The notes beneath the pieces were generated by a model. That model saw only the letters and a list, made by a program, of their open reading frames with translations. It was not told the DNA's origin and did no database searches. Both the position numbers and the translations under genes were made by a program. A stretch of DNA of 64,000 nucleotides from a virus: IMG/VR virus record IMGVR_UViG_3300042987_003051, positions 1 to 64,000 of that record; one strand, written 5' to 3'. Below are positions 1-7,688 of this stretch, piece after piece; position 1 is the first letter of the stretch, and each line of letters starts with the position of its first letter.

Positions 1-560
1 GAAAACTGTACAGAGCAGTCGCAAACGTTAATATTCTTGAAGGTATTCGCTTCTACGTTAGTTTTGCTTGTAGTTTCGCCTTTGGTGAACTTAAGCTTAT
101 GGAAGGATCCGCTAAGATCATCTCTCTCATCGCAAGAGACGAAAACCAACATCTAGTCATTACGCAAAATATTCTGAACAAATGGCGTGATGGTGATGAT
201 CCCGAAATGAAACAGATTGCAAAAGAAGAAAAAGAATGGGTATATAAGATGTTTGATCGTGCCGTAAATGAAGAAAAGAAATGGGCAGATTATCTGTTCA
301 AAGATGGTAGTATGATTGGACTGAATGACAAACTTCTTCAGCAATATATTGAATGGATTGCGAATCGTCGTCTAAAAGCGATTGGTCTTAAACCGCAATA
401 CGATATCTCAGCAAATAATAATCCACTTCCCTGGACTGATCATTGGTTAAATTCTAAATCTTTACAAAATGCTCCACAAGAAGTGGAAATTGAGCAATAT
501 TTAATAGGAGGCATCAAACAAGATGTTACCAAAAATACTTTCGCAGGATTCCAACTATGA
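1..560 (+). CDS. nrdB: Ribonucleotide reductase class Ia beta subunit (3' part; starts before the window)
   Basis: Frame open from position 3: NILEGIRFYVSFACSFAF, IARDENQH and C-terminal APQEVEIEQY are class Ia R2 motifs. Confidence 0.97.
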   Translation, partial: KLYRAVANVNILEGIRFYVSFACSFAFGELKLMEGSAKIISLIARDENQHLVITQNILNKWRDGDDPEMKQIAKEEKEWVYKMFDRAVNEEKKWADYLFKDGSMIGLNDKLLQQYIEWIANRRLKAIGLKPQYDISANNNPLPWTDHWLNSKSLQNAPQEVEIEQYLIGGIKQDVTKNTFAGFQL

Positions 561-672
561 TGAGTGGTGTGAACAAGAAATTCTGAATGCTTATAAAGAA
601 GCAGCAGAATGTGATGAGTTTATGTTTGGGGATTATGACTTTTGTAAGGAATGGTTAGGTACAAATAACTAA
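523..672 (+). CDS. Small hypothetical protein (49 aa, MLPKILSQDSNYDEWCEQE...)
   Basis: ATG 523 to TAA 672, read manually; overlaps the nrdB end. Confidence 0.55.
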   Translation: MLPKILSQDSNYDEWCEQEILNAYKEAAECDEFMFGDYDFCKEWLGTNN

Positions 673-710
673 TCTTATATAGATAGAGGAAGTAATGCTC
701 CTCTTTTTTA

Positions 711-872
711 ATGTCTAAAAATCAAATAAAAAAAGAAGAACTTAAAGTTCGTATTTTAAAACTAAAAGATCAACTTCATAAAGAGCATATTAGGCATGAT
801 ATGGATATGAAAGGACTTGCTCATAAATACCTTAATGAAGTCCTTGATATAATTGATGAGTATAGATATTGA
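711..872 (+). CDS. Small hypothetical protein (MSKNQIKKEELKVRILKLK...)
   Basis: ATG 711 to TGA 872, read manually; overlaps the next start. Confidence 0.55.
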   Translation: MSKNQIKKEELKVRILKLKDQLHKEHIRHDMDMKGLAHKYLNEVLDIIDEYRY

Positions 873-1299
873 CTATGAAAACCCTTGGATTTATAATGGA
901 GGTCCTTTTGTAAGTGCTGATATTGGAAACCACTATGGATTTGTTTATCTGATAGAAAATAAATTGAATGGTAGAAAATATATTGGGCGAAAGTATTTTT
1001 GGCAGTTTAGAACACCAAAGGGTAAGAAACGAAAGGTAAAAGCAGAATCTAATTGGAAGGAGTATTATGGGTCTTGTCCGGAACTTAAAGAAGACATTGA
1101 CAAATTGGGCAGAGAAAATTTTAGTAGAACTATCTTATCATTACATAAAACAAAGGGCAAAACAAACTACGAAGAGACCAGACAACTATTCAAATACGAT
1201 GTTCTCACAGAGTCTCTTGACAGCGGAGAACCCGCATTCTACAATAGTAACGTCTTGTCCCGATACTTCAGAAAAGATTACTATGGAAACTCAGATTGA
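856..1299 (+). CDS. GIY-YIG family endonuclease-like protein
   Basis: GFVYLIENKLNGRKYIGRK and YYGS motifs. Confidence 0.8.
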   Translation: MSIDIDYENPWIYNGGPFVSADIGNHYGFVYLIENKLNGRKYIGRKYFWQFRTPKGKKRKVKAESNWKEYYGSCPELKEDIDKLGRENFSRTILSLHKTKGKTNYEETRQLFKYDVLTESLDSGEPAFYNSNVLSRYFRKDYYGNSD

Positions 1300-1495
1300 T
1301 CCCGTTAATTATGTTCGGGATTGGGCAATGAATAAAATTGAACTTCTTCATGAAGCAGATAGGCACAGGAACGCAAAAGCACTTCTTGCTGAGTTTGATG
1401 AATGGATTAATCTTCCTGAAGGAGAAGATGAGATTACTTATATTTGTTTAGAAGAGGAAGAGAATTGGGGAGATCAAGAAGTTGATGTTCGGTAA
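1283..1495 (+). CDS. Hypothetical acidic protein
   Basis: ATG 1283 overlaps the upstream stop; the longer 1067 start runs out of frame through the GIY-YIG gene. Confidence 0.6.
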   Translation: METQIDPVNYVRDWAMNKIELLHEADRHRNAKALLAEFDEWINLPEGEDEITYICLEEEENWGDQEVDVR

Positions 1496-1663
1496 TCCAA
1501 CTTCTTGACAAATTCTAAATAATAACTTATAATGTTCAAATCCCTGTTATGAGCAGGGTTTTTTATTATGAGACTTTGATTTTGATTTAGAGCCGTGGAG
1601 ATTGCCTTCTGAGAAGAAGGATGTGTCCTTTCTTTATACGGATGTAGAGTTCTATTAAATTTA

Positions 1664-2290
1664 ATGCAAAAATTCTTTACTGTAGCCCTCTTGCCTCTTC
1701 TGGCAACGGTTACAACCACAACGGCAACACTGCCATCATCTGCTACTGCTCCTCAATACTCTATTATTAAGGAGTTTGAAACAGAGAAGACAGCAATCCG
1801 CGAGGTTGCTCCCGAAAAGCCAAAAGAGAAAAGGCTAATTTGTAAAGGGTGTAATGAACACGAAAATACTGCCCTGGCATACTTCCAGGACATTGGTATT
1901 AAAGATAAAAACGCCCTCGCTACCATCATGGGCAATATTCGTCAGGAATCAACTTTTATTCCTAACATTTGTGAAGGTGGTAGCAGAACCAGTTGGAGTA
2001 ACTGCGGTCGCGGTTATGGACTGATTCAATGGACATCTTCCGATCGTTATTATGGATTGGGTGCTTTTGCTAGAAAGACTGGTGGAAATCCATCATCTAT
2101 TCACACTCAACTTGACTATCTAACAACTGAAGTTCAATGGAAACGAATCGCAGACAGAATGAAAATGCCTGGTAAGTCTATTGATCGTTACATGAACTAT
2201 GCATATAGTTGGATTGGTTGGGGACATCATGGTGCCCGTACTTCGTATGCTTATGATTATGCAAAACGATTGGTAACGGTAGAAGTTTGA
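1664..2290 (+). CDS. Secreted phage tail-type lysozyme (Phage_lysozyme2-like)
   Basis: Signal-peptide-like N-terminus; AxIMGNIxQES and GYGLIQWT motifs. Confidence 0.8.
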   Translation: MQKFFTVALLPLLATVTTTTATLPSSATAPQYSIIKEFETEKTAIREVAPEKPKEKRLICKGCNEHENTALAYFQDIGIKDKNALATIMGNIRQESTFIPNICEGGSRTSWSNCGRGYGLIQWTSSDRYYGLGAFARKTGGNPSSIHTQLDYLTTEVQWKRIADRMKMPGKSIDRYMNYAYSWIGWGHHGARTSYAYDYAKRLVTVEV

Positions 2291-2334
2291 AAACTGAATA
2301 ATAAATAGTGGGGAGTCTTATACTCCCCTTTTTT

Positions 2335-2628
2335 ATGTCTATCGAAAATCTTCCAGATGATAAAAAGGACATTGTAAATCTTGCTGCAAGGGCAGGATAT
2401 CTCTCCATAGAAACTGAAATTGGTGAGATTAAATTAAACTCATACAATCAAGTAGAAATTCAACCAAAAGGAACACCATTTGGGGCAAAGATAAAAGTTG
2501 AAGAGAATGGTAATATAACTCCAACATTAACTTTTGATACTAAAAAATTAAGAGACCCAAAAAAGAATATAGATCCAAAACAACTATTGGATGATGCTTT
2601 AGAGGATTTTTGGGATGAGCATGACTAA
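2335..2628 (+). CDS. Hypothetical protein
   Basis: ORF track; coupled to the next ORF. Confidence 0.55.
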   Translation: MSIENLPDDKKDIVNLAARAGYLSIETEIGEIKLNSYNQVEIQPKGTPFGAKIKVEENGNITPTLTFDTKKLRDPKKNIDPKQLLDDALEDFWDEHD

Positions 2629-2905
2629 GTTTAATGTTTTTGAGTTTAAGTATGGTAAAGAAAAAAAATCTTTAAAGGAATGGATAAAGATTGGTGTAAT
2701 ATTTCATGGGTCTTTAGATTTAGTGTCTCTAATTCCTGGTATAGAGAAGAAGAAACTTTTTAACTTTATTGACGAATTGCAGTTAAGAATGGGAACCATT
2801 GATATCATTAATGATTATGTTATTCAAGATTCGGAACTAATTTTATATCGTATAGATAGAGTAATTAATCAATCAATCTCTGAGTACGAAAAAAATAATG
2901 TTTAA
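2615..2905 (+). CDS. Hypothetical protein
   Basis: ORF track; overlapping start and stop codons. Confidence 0.55.
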   Translation: MSMTKFNVFEFKYGKEKKSLKEWIKIGVIFHGSLDLVSLIPGIEKKKLFNFIDELQLRMGTIDIINDYVIQDSELILYRIDRVINQSISEYEKNNV

Positions 2906-3338
2906 ACTTTTTGAGGTTAGAGGGGGAAAATTTACTGCACTTCCAAATATAAATCCAAAAACTATTTGGGGTTCAATTCTTGCAATTATTATTGTGGTGG
3001 TGGTTACATCTGTATCTGGGTGGTTGAAGATGGATGAGAAGGACATCTGGAAGCTCTATAACAATATTATACACTATTTTGGATTAAAAGAAAACACTCC
3101 AATCATTAACGACCAGAAGAAACTTGATGCTGAAGTAGAGTCCGAAGTTGATAGAGCAATCTGGGAATATGAACGCTTGACAGGTGATTATGGAACACCT
3201 AGAATACCTTTGCCACGGTTGATAGAGAAAGATCCAGATAAAGCTTTATGTTATACTAAAGAATGTCAATCTCTTGGAGGAGAAATGAGACTTTGTGCTC
3301 CTTGGGTTGAAGACTGCATTTCGAAAGATGATAAATAA
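2898..3338 (+). CDS. Hypothetical membrane protein
   Basis: One hydrophobic helix; Cys-containing C-terminus. Confidence 0.6.
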   Translation: MFKLFEVRGGKFTALPNINPKTIWGSILAIIIVVVVTSVSGWLKMDEKDIWKLYNNIIHYFGLKENTPIINDQKKLDAEVESEVDRAIWEYERLTGDYGTPRIPLPRLIEKDPDKALCYTKECQSLGGEMRLCAPWVEDCISKDDK

Positions 3339-3370
3339 GTCATCCTTATTTTATTTTTTGGAGGATTATT

Positions 3371-3565
3371 ATGTCTACATCACAAGAACTACTTGATGCG
3401 ATTGAAGCATGGAAAGTAGAAGACGAAAAATTCAACAATGGTAATGCTTCTGCAGGTACTCGTGCCCGCAAGGCACTTCAGGAAATCGCCAAACTAGTCA
3501 AGACTCGTAGGACCGAGATTACTGAAGAAAAGAACGCTCGCAAGGAAGCAAAAGCAACAGCTTGA
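3371..3565 (+). CDS. Histone H1-like (Hc1-family) small DNA-binding protein
   Basis: GGAGG SD; KFNNGNASAGTRARKALQEI motif. Confidence 0.7.
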   Translation: MSTSQELLDAIEAWKVEDEKFNNGNASAGTRARKALQEIAKLVKTRRTEITEEKNARKEAKATA

Positions 3566-3590
3566 CACCTGGGCGTCGATACCCTACAAT
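3562..3590 (+). promoter_or_regulatory. Sigma70-type promoter upstream of the RNA cluster
   Basis: TTGACA-17 nt-TACAAT. Confidence 0.75.
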
Positions 3591-3679
3591 ACTCTCATAG
3601 GCAGCGGGGGTCCAAACTTCGCGTAAGACCTGCCCCTCCCATGCCTCTCAACGATGCACAAACAGAGAGGGTTCTTTAT

Positions 3680-3753
3680 GGGCTAGTAACTCAGTGGAAC
3701 AGAGTAACGCTCTTCTAAAGCGTGAGTCGTTGGTTCGAATCCAACCTAGCCCG
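3680..3753 (+). tRNA. tRNA-Arg(TCT)
   Basis: Cloverleaf; anticodon arm ACGCT-CTTCTAA-AGCGT. Confidence 0.93.
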
Positions 3754-3754
3754 T

Positions 3755-3838
3755 TGGAGTATTATACTCCATATATAAAAGTGATAGAGGGTAAGTCCCT
3801 GTTATATCCTTATGAGATATATCACACTTACTCCATCA
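3755..3838 (+). ncRNA. Unknown structured RNA, copy 1 (copy 2 at 8787-8873)
   Basis: Near-identical GTGATAGAGGGTAAGTC...ACTTACTCCATCA core in both copies; each follows a tRNA. Confidence 0.6.
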
Positions 3839-4014
3839 AATCGTAGGAAGTGCAACACCTCTCTCTGGTTAAGACTGGGTGATGTGAAAGGTGATTCTGC
3901 CCGCACATAGAAATCCCTCCTACCATCACTTGACAATCCAAACCAACTCTGGTATGATTGTCTTATGTTAAAGGGTATGATATTATAAATAAATGTATCA
4001 TACCTTAAAGCAAA

Positions 4015-4368
4015 ATGCCATATAAAAGTAAGGAAGACTACAAAAACTGGGAAAAAGGATATCGAAATGGATATCGCCAAAGACCAGAAGTAAAACAAAA
4101 GTTATCCGAACAGAGTAAATTGCGACGAGAACGAAATAAAAATTTTGTTCTTGAAAAAATGACTCCCTGTATTTCATGTGGCGAAAGCGATCCTGTCGTT
4201 ATTGATTTTCATCACTTAGATGGATCACAAAAAGATAAAGGCATATCGCAAATGATGAATAGTAGTTATTCATTAAATAAAATTGAAGAAGAGATAAGCA
4301 AATGCGTTTGTTTATGTTCTAATTGTCATCGTAAAGTTCATGCTGGAACTTTAGAATTGCGGGTGTAG
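4015..4368 (+). CDS. HNH endonuclease
   Basis: CxxC...DFHH...CxNCHRKVH; late promoter TATAAATA at 3984-3991. Confidence 0.9.
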   Translation: MPYKSKEDYKNWEKGYRNGYRQRPEVKQKLSEQSKLRRERNKNFVLEKMTPCISCGESDPVVIDFHHLDGSQKDKGISQMMNSSYSLNKIEEEISKCVCLCSNCHRKVHAGTLELRV

Positions 4369-4429
4369 TTTAGAGGTAAAATTCCTGCCTTCCAAGCAGT
4401 GGTCACGGGTTCGATTCCCGTCACCCGCT
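4359..4429 (+). tRNA. tRNA-Gly(TCC)
   Basis: Cloverleaf; loop CTTCCAA; overlaps the HNH stop. Confidence 0.92.
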
Positions 4430-4453
4430 CTTGACTTTTTTCCAAAAAAGTCT

Positions 4454-4461
4454 TATAAATA
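4454..4461 (+). promoter_or_regulatory. T4-type late promoter upstream of the leader peptide
   Basis: TATAAATA consensus. Confidence 0.65.
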
Positions 4462-4482
4462 AAACATACTTGTTAAACAAAA

Positions 4483-4596
4483 ATGACTCGCTTATCGCAA
4501 AAACCCCAATTTACATATCCACTTGGCAATATGTCCGATTGGAATCTTTGTGTGCATATTGCGAGTGAGTCCCCTTCTGCTCTTATGGAAGAATAA
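4483..4596 (+). CDS. Putative attenuator leader peptide containing all 20 amino acids (MTRLSQKPQFTYPLGNMSDWNLCVHIASESPSALMEE)
   Basis: Manual translation; the last codons overlap an antiterminator strand. Confidence 0.7.
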   Translation: MTRLSQKPQFTYPLGNMSDWNLCVHIASESPSALMEE

Positions 4597-4654
4597 AAAT
4601 CTTCAACCATAAAAGCAAAAGGGGAGAGAAACCAAAAGTTTCCTCCCCTTTTTT
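4571..4654 (+). terminator. Attenuator: antiterminator (4571-4588 with 4607-4624) and intrinsic terminator (4621-4654)
   Basis: 16 of 18 complementary pairs; GGGGAG-GAAAC/GTTTC-CTCCCC followed by T6; both structures need the GGGG run. Confidence 0.75.
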
Positions 4655-4724
4655 GTTGGTTGTGACAGTTTCACAAGTGTCCACCAATCTCCCCCCAGAG
4701 ACCAAACGGTGGTATTCTAATCAA

Positions 4725-4764
4725 GTGGTCGAGAGAGACCACGCAGAACATCGACAACTTAATA
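4725..4764 (+). promoter_or_regulatory. boxB-like hairpin plus rrn boxA-like element before the tRNA array
   Basis: GTGGTC-GAGAGA-GACCAC followed by GAACATCGACAACTTAATA. Confidence 0.45.
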
Positions 4765-4781
4765 TTTATCCTATATTATCT

Positions 4782-4853
4782 GGGTCGTTGGCAGATCGGT
4801 TTATGCACCCGGCTTTTAACCGGTAGAGAGAGGTTCAACTCCTCTACGACCCA
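4782..4853 (+). tRNA. tRNA-Lys(TTT)
   Basis: Cloverleaf; loop CTTTTAA. Confidence 0.9.
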
Positions 4854-4854
4854 T

Positions 4855-4907
4855 TAGATGATTCAGCAATTTCTTACTTTCTTTTGGGTAGAAAAAACAA
4901 TCATCTA
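4855..4907 (+). ncRNA. Stem-CAGCAA hairpin element (outlying member of the DUF2828-associated family)
   Basis: TAGATGATT-CAGCAA...AATCATCTA; same stem as 10882-10928. Confidence 0.7.
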
Positions 4908-4912
4908 GTTTT

Positions 4913-5006
4913 GGGAGAGTGGCTACTGTCGGCAATATGTGTAGTCCGTGTCTGTAAAACACGTACATAGGAACCATCGGGGGTTCGATTCCCTCCTCTC
5001 CCACCA
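4913..5006 (+). tRNA. tRNA-Tyr(GTA) with enlarged D-loop and encoded CCA
   Basis: CGTGT-CTGTAAA-ACACG; T-loop TTCGATT. Confidence 0.88.
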
Positions 5007-5007
5007 C

Positions 5008-5080
5008 GGGGTCTTAGCTCAGTTGGTAGAGCGCCTGCTTTGCAAGCAGGATGTCAGGGGTTCGAGTCCCCTATTCTCCA
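5008..5080 (+). tRNA. tRNA-Ala(TGC)
   Basis: Loop TTTGCAA; acceptor stem has mismatches. Confidence 0.9.
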
Positions 5081-5102
5081 TTCCCTTTATGGGAAATCTT
5101 AT

Positions 5103-5210
5103 GGGTATGTCTCATCGAAAACTATGGTGGGCGCCTATCATAGTGGTATGATGGGCTGTATGTACAGCAGTCGCCTAAGGCATCGTAGGTTCAAATCCTA
5201 TCCATACCCA
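5103..5210 (+). ncRNA. Atypical tRNA-like RNA (hairpin inserted in the D-loop, collapsed anticodon loop, variable arm)
   Basis: Acceptor GGGTATG/CATACCC; T arm GTAGG-TTCAAAT-CCTAT; anticodon arm GCTGT-ATGT-ACAGC. Confidence 0.6.
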
Positions 5211-5213
5211 CTT

Positions 5214-5288
5214 GCGGATTTAGTTCAGTGGTAGAACGCAACCTTGCCAAGGTTGATGTCATCGGTTCAAATCCGATAATCCGCTCCA
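5214..5288 (+). tRNA. tRNA-Gly(GCC)
   Basis: Loop TTGCCAA; encoded CCA. Confidence 0.93.
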
Positions 5289-5289
5289 T

Positions 5290-5362
5290 GGCCCATTCGT
5301 CTAGTGGTCTAGGACACATGCCTGTCTAGTATGTTACAGGAGTTCGAATCTCCTATGGGTCG
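5290..5362 (+). tRNA. tRNA-Asp(GTC)
   Basis: Loop CTGTCTA. Confidence 0.9.
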
Positions 5363-5477
5363 TCGTCCCTATACTTTGTCAGTTTTGTATGTGGGCAGTA
5401 TTGACAAACTGATAGAAATATCATAGTATTATAATCTTCTTATATAAGATGTATAATTAAATAATGATATTTCTTAT

Positions 5478-5562
5478 GGAGAGGCAATCCGATTGGCGAC
5501 GGAAGCGGTCTTGAAAACCGTAGAGTGTAAAAGCCTTGGGGGTTCGACTCCCCCTCTCTCCG
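5478..5562 (+). tRNA. tRNA-Ser(TGA)
   Basis: Loop CTTGAAA; long variable arm. Confidence 0.92.
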
Positions 5563-5628
5563 TTGGGTTGAGCATCAAGTAAAGACTGAGCAAGACAGAA
5601 GATGTTTGAGACTCTCAGTTACCCATAT

Positions 5629-5700
5629 GGTCCTGTCGTCTAATGGTTAGGACGCTGCCCTTTCAAGGCGGAAACGAGGGTTCAAATCCCTTCGGGACTT
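5629..5700 (+). tRNA. tRNA-Glu(TTC)
   Basis: Loop CTTTCAA. Confidence 0.92.
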
Positions 5701-5753
5701 TTCATTTTGGTTCGTTTCCCATATAAATAAAACTATACGGGAGTTGAACTTAA

Positions 5754-6257
5754 ATGAAAAACAAACATCATATCATTCCAAGATATATGGGTGGTAGCGA
5801 TTCTCCAGAAAATTTAGTTGAAGTAACTTTGACACAACACGCTATGTTTCATTATTGTAACTGGCGTCTTTGGGGAAATAAAGAAGATGAGATTGCTTGG
5901 AAAGCTCTTTCGGGGCAAATCTCCATAGAAGATGTTATCCTTGAATCAAGAAGACTTGGTGGGCGCAATAGTCATATCAAGCATCCTGAAATGAGACATA
6001 AAAATCTCAAAAGAACAGGAAATCCTCACACACTATGGAGAGGTACTCCAGTTGAAAGAAGAGAAGAAATTTCTAAAAAAGTTCAAAAAACAAAAGGCAC
6101 TGAAATTAAGTGTGTTAATAATTTAACTGGAGAAATTAATTCTTTTCCTTCATTAAAATCTGCTAGAAGTTATTACCAAATTGGTATGACTACTATTAGA
6201 AAATTGTATTCTGGAGAAATAAATTCTTATAATGGAATTTCTGTAATTAAATCTTAA
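5754..6257 (+). CDS. Free-standing HNH homing endonuclease within the tRNA array
   Basis: HHIIPRYMGGSD...NL...H...H motif; late promoter TATAAATA at 5722-5729. Confidence 0.88.
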   Translation: MKNKHHIIPRYMGGSDSPENLVEVTLTQHAMFHYCNWRLWGNKEDEIAWKALSGQISIEDVILESRRLGGRNSHIKHPEMRHKNLKRTGNPHTLWRGTPVERREEISKKVQKTKGTEIKCVNNLTGEINSFPSLKSARSYYQIGMTTIRKLYSGEINSYNGISVIKS

Positions 6258-6261
6258 ACGA

Positions 6262-6341
6262 TGGGATATAGCATAACGGAAATGCAGCTGGCTGTTAACC
6301 AGTGTCGGAAGACAATGTAGGTTCGAATCCTACTATCCCAG
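6262..6341 (+). tRNA. tRNA-Asn(GTT) with an extra variable arm
   Basis: GCTGG-CTGTTAA-CCAGT; variable hairpin GTC-GGAA-GAC. Confidence 0.85.
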
Positions 6342-6363
6342 TTGCCTACATAAGGCATAACAA

Positions 6364-6435
6364 CGGGGTGTAAGTCAGAGGTAGACGGCTTGCTTTGGGA
6401 GCAAGAAGGCAGAGGTTCGATCCCTCTCACCCCGA
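6364..6435 (+). tRNA. tRNA-Pro(TGG)
   Basis: Loop TTTGGGA. Confidence 0.92.
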
Positions 6436-6439
6436 CTTT

Positions 6440-6513
6440 GGGGACATATCTCCAATTGGTAGAGCACATGCCTGAAGAGCATGGTGTTATCGGTTCAAAT
6501 CCGATTGTTCCCT
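6440..6513 (+). tRNA. tRNA-Phe(GAA)
   Basis: Loop CTGAAGA. Confidence 0.9.
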
Positions 6514-6676
6514 CTTACTCTTAAAGTGGAATTCACAATAGGGTTCAACTTGATAAAGTAGTTTTAGATAGGTGTGCTGAACCCACACTGATAAGAACCT
6601 CCCTCGTAAGGAAGTCTTCTTGTACAAAACATCGAGTCTATGAAGAGTGGGATCATTCCCCACCGAGGGTACACAA

Positions 6677-6748
6677 AGGAATGTAGCTCAGTGGTAGAGC
6701 ACTCGGCTGATAACCGAGCGGTCACGAGTTCAAATCTCGTCATTCCTA
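6677..6748 (+). tRNA. tRNA-Ile(GAT)
   Basis: Loop CTGATAA. Confidence 0.94.
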
Positions 6749-6806
6749 TTGGTTGCGTTAAATAGAATTGGATAATATCCTTTTCGACTCAAACAGCGAC
6801 CATTAA

Positions 6807-6890
6807 GGAAGATTGGCAGAGTGGTTAATGCAGCGGTTTGCTAAACCGTGGGGCTAAACACCCCCGTTGGTTCGAATCCAACATCTTCCG
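6807..6890 (+). tRNA. tRNA-Ser(GCT)
   Basis: Loop TTGCTAA; long variable arm. Confidence 0.93.
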
Positions 6891-6894
6891 CCTT

Positions 6895-6979
6895 GGAGAG
6901 TTGTCCGAGTGGATTATGGTGAGATCTTGGAAAGGTCTTGGGCGTAAAAACCCCAGAGGTTCGAATCCTCTACTCTCCG
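6895..6979 (+). tRNA. tRNA-Ser(GGA)
   Basis: Loop TTGGAAA; long variable arm. Confidence 0.92.
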
Positions 6980-6983
6980 TTTT

Positions 6984-7055
6984 GGCAGTATAGTTCAGTG
7001 GTAGAACAGAAGATTCATACCCTTCTCGTCGGTGGTTCAATTCCACCTACTGTCA
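6984..7055 (+). tRNA. tRNA with CAT anticodon (elongator Met or Ile2)
   Basis: Loop TTCATAC; G1-C72 paired. Confidence 0.85.
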
Positions 7056-7056
7056 T

Positions 7057-7130
7057 GTGTAGGTAGCATAAATGGTTAATGCACCTGATTGTGAATCAGG
7101 TTTATGCGGGTTCAAGTCCCGTCCTACACC
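7057..7130 (+). tRNA. tRNA-His(GTG)
   Basis: Loop TTGTGAA; C discriminator; position -1 is T rather than G. Confidence 0.92.
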
Positions 7131-7132
7131 CC

Positions 7133-7206
7133 GCCCGATTAGCTCAGTGGTCTAGAGCAATTGTCTAGTAAACAATAGGTCGTCAGTTCAAATCTGACAT
7201 TGGGCT
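7133..7206 (+). tRNA. tRNA-Thr(AGT)
   Basis: ATTGT-CTAGTAA-ACAAT; GCC... acceptor typical of Thr. Confidence 0.88.
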
Positions 7207-7210
7207 TCGG

Positions 7211-7285
7211 GTTCCAGTCGCCAAGTGGATTTAAGGCAAGAGATTGCAAATCTCTCATTCGTCGGTTCAAATCCGACCTGGAACT
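7211..7285 (+). tRNA. tRNA-Cys(GCA)
   Basis: Loop TTGCAAA; U discriminator. Confidence 0.92.
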
Positions 7286-7290
7286 CTCAT

Positions 7291-7361
7291 TGGGGAATCG
7301 TCTAATGGCAGGACACCGCCCTTTGAAGGCGTTTATCTAGGTTCGAGTCCTAGTTCCCCAG
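7291..7361 (+). tRNA. tRNA-Gln(TTG)
   Basis: Loop CTTTGAA. Confidence 0.92.
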
Positions 7362-7364
7362 CCA

Positions 7365-7439
7365 GTCCGTGTAGCGCAATTGGTAGGAGGCACTATCTTG
7401 AGGGGGTAGACAGTGCGGGTTCAAATCCCGCCACGGACA
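7365..7439 (+). tRNA. tRNA-Leu(GAG), short variable loop
   Basis: Loop TTGAGGG. Confidence 0.88.
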
Positions 7440-7440
7440 T

Positions 7441-7497
7441 TGCCAGTTTCCGAACTGGCACATCACTCTTGACCTTCGGGGCAATCGGTGGTATTCT
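7441..7497 (+). promoter_or_regulatory. Palindromic motif plus sigma70-type promoter
   Basis: TGCCAGTT-TCCG-AACTGGCA, then TTGACC-17 nt-TATTCT. Confidence 0.65.
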
Positions 7498-7511
7498 AAG
7501 TAAGTGATTGA

Positions 7512-7585
7512 GGGCGTGTAGCGCAACGGTAGGAGGCAATAGACTTAGGATCTATACAGTGGAGGTTCGAATCCTCTCACGCCCA
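7512..7585 (+). tRNA. tRNA-Leu(TAG), short variable loop
   Basis: Loop CTTAGGA. Confidence 0.9.
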
Positions 7586-7590
7586 CTCCT

Positions 7591-7661
7591 GGGAGCATAG
7601 CTTAATGGTAGAGCGGCCTGCTTATAACGGGTTGGTCTGGGTTCAATTCCCAGTGTTCCTA
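7591..7661 (+). tRNA. tRNA-Ile(TAT)
   Basis: Loop CTTATAA. Confidence 0.88.
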
Positions 7662-7688
7662 TTGGCAATCTTAGAATTGTCGTTTAAT

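Noticed and set aside
6588-6640. Hammerhead or HDV-like ribozyme
   Set aside because: CTGATAAG and CCCTCGT resemble core pieces, but I could not build the required stems and catalytic junctions
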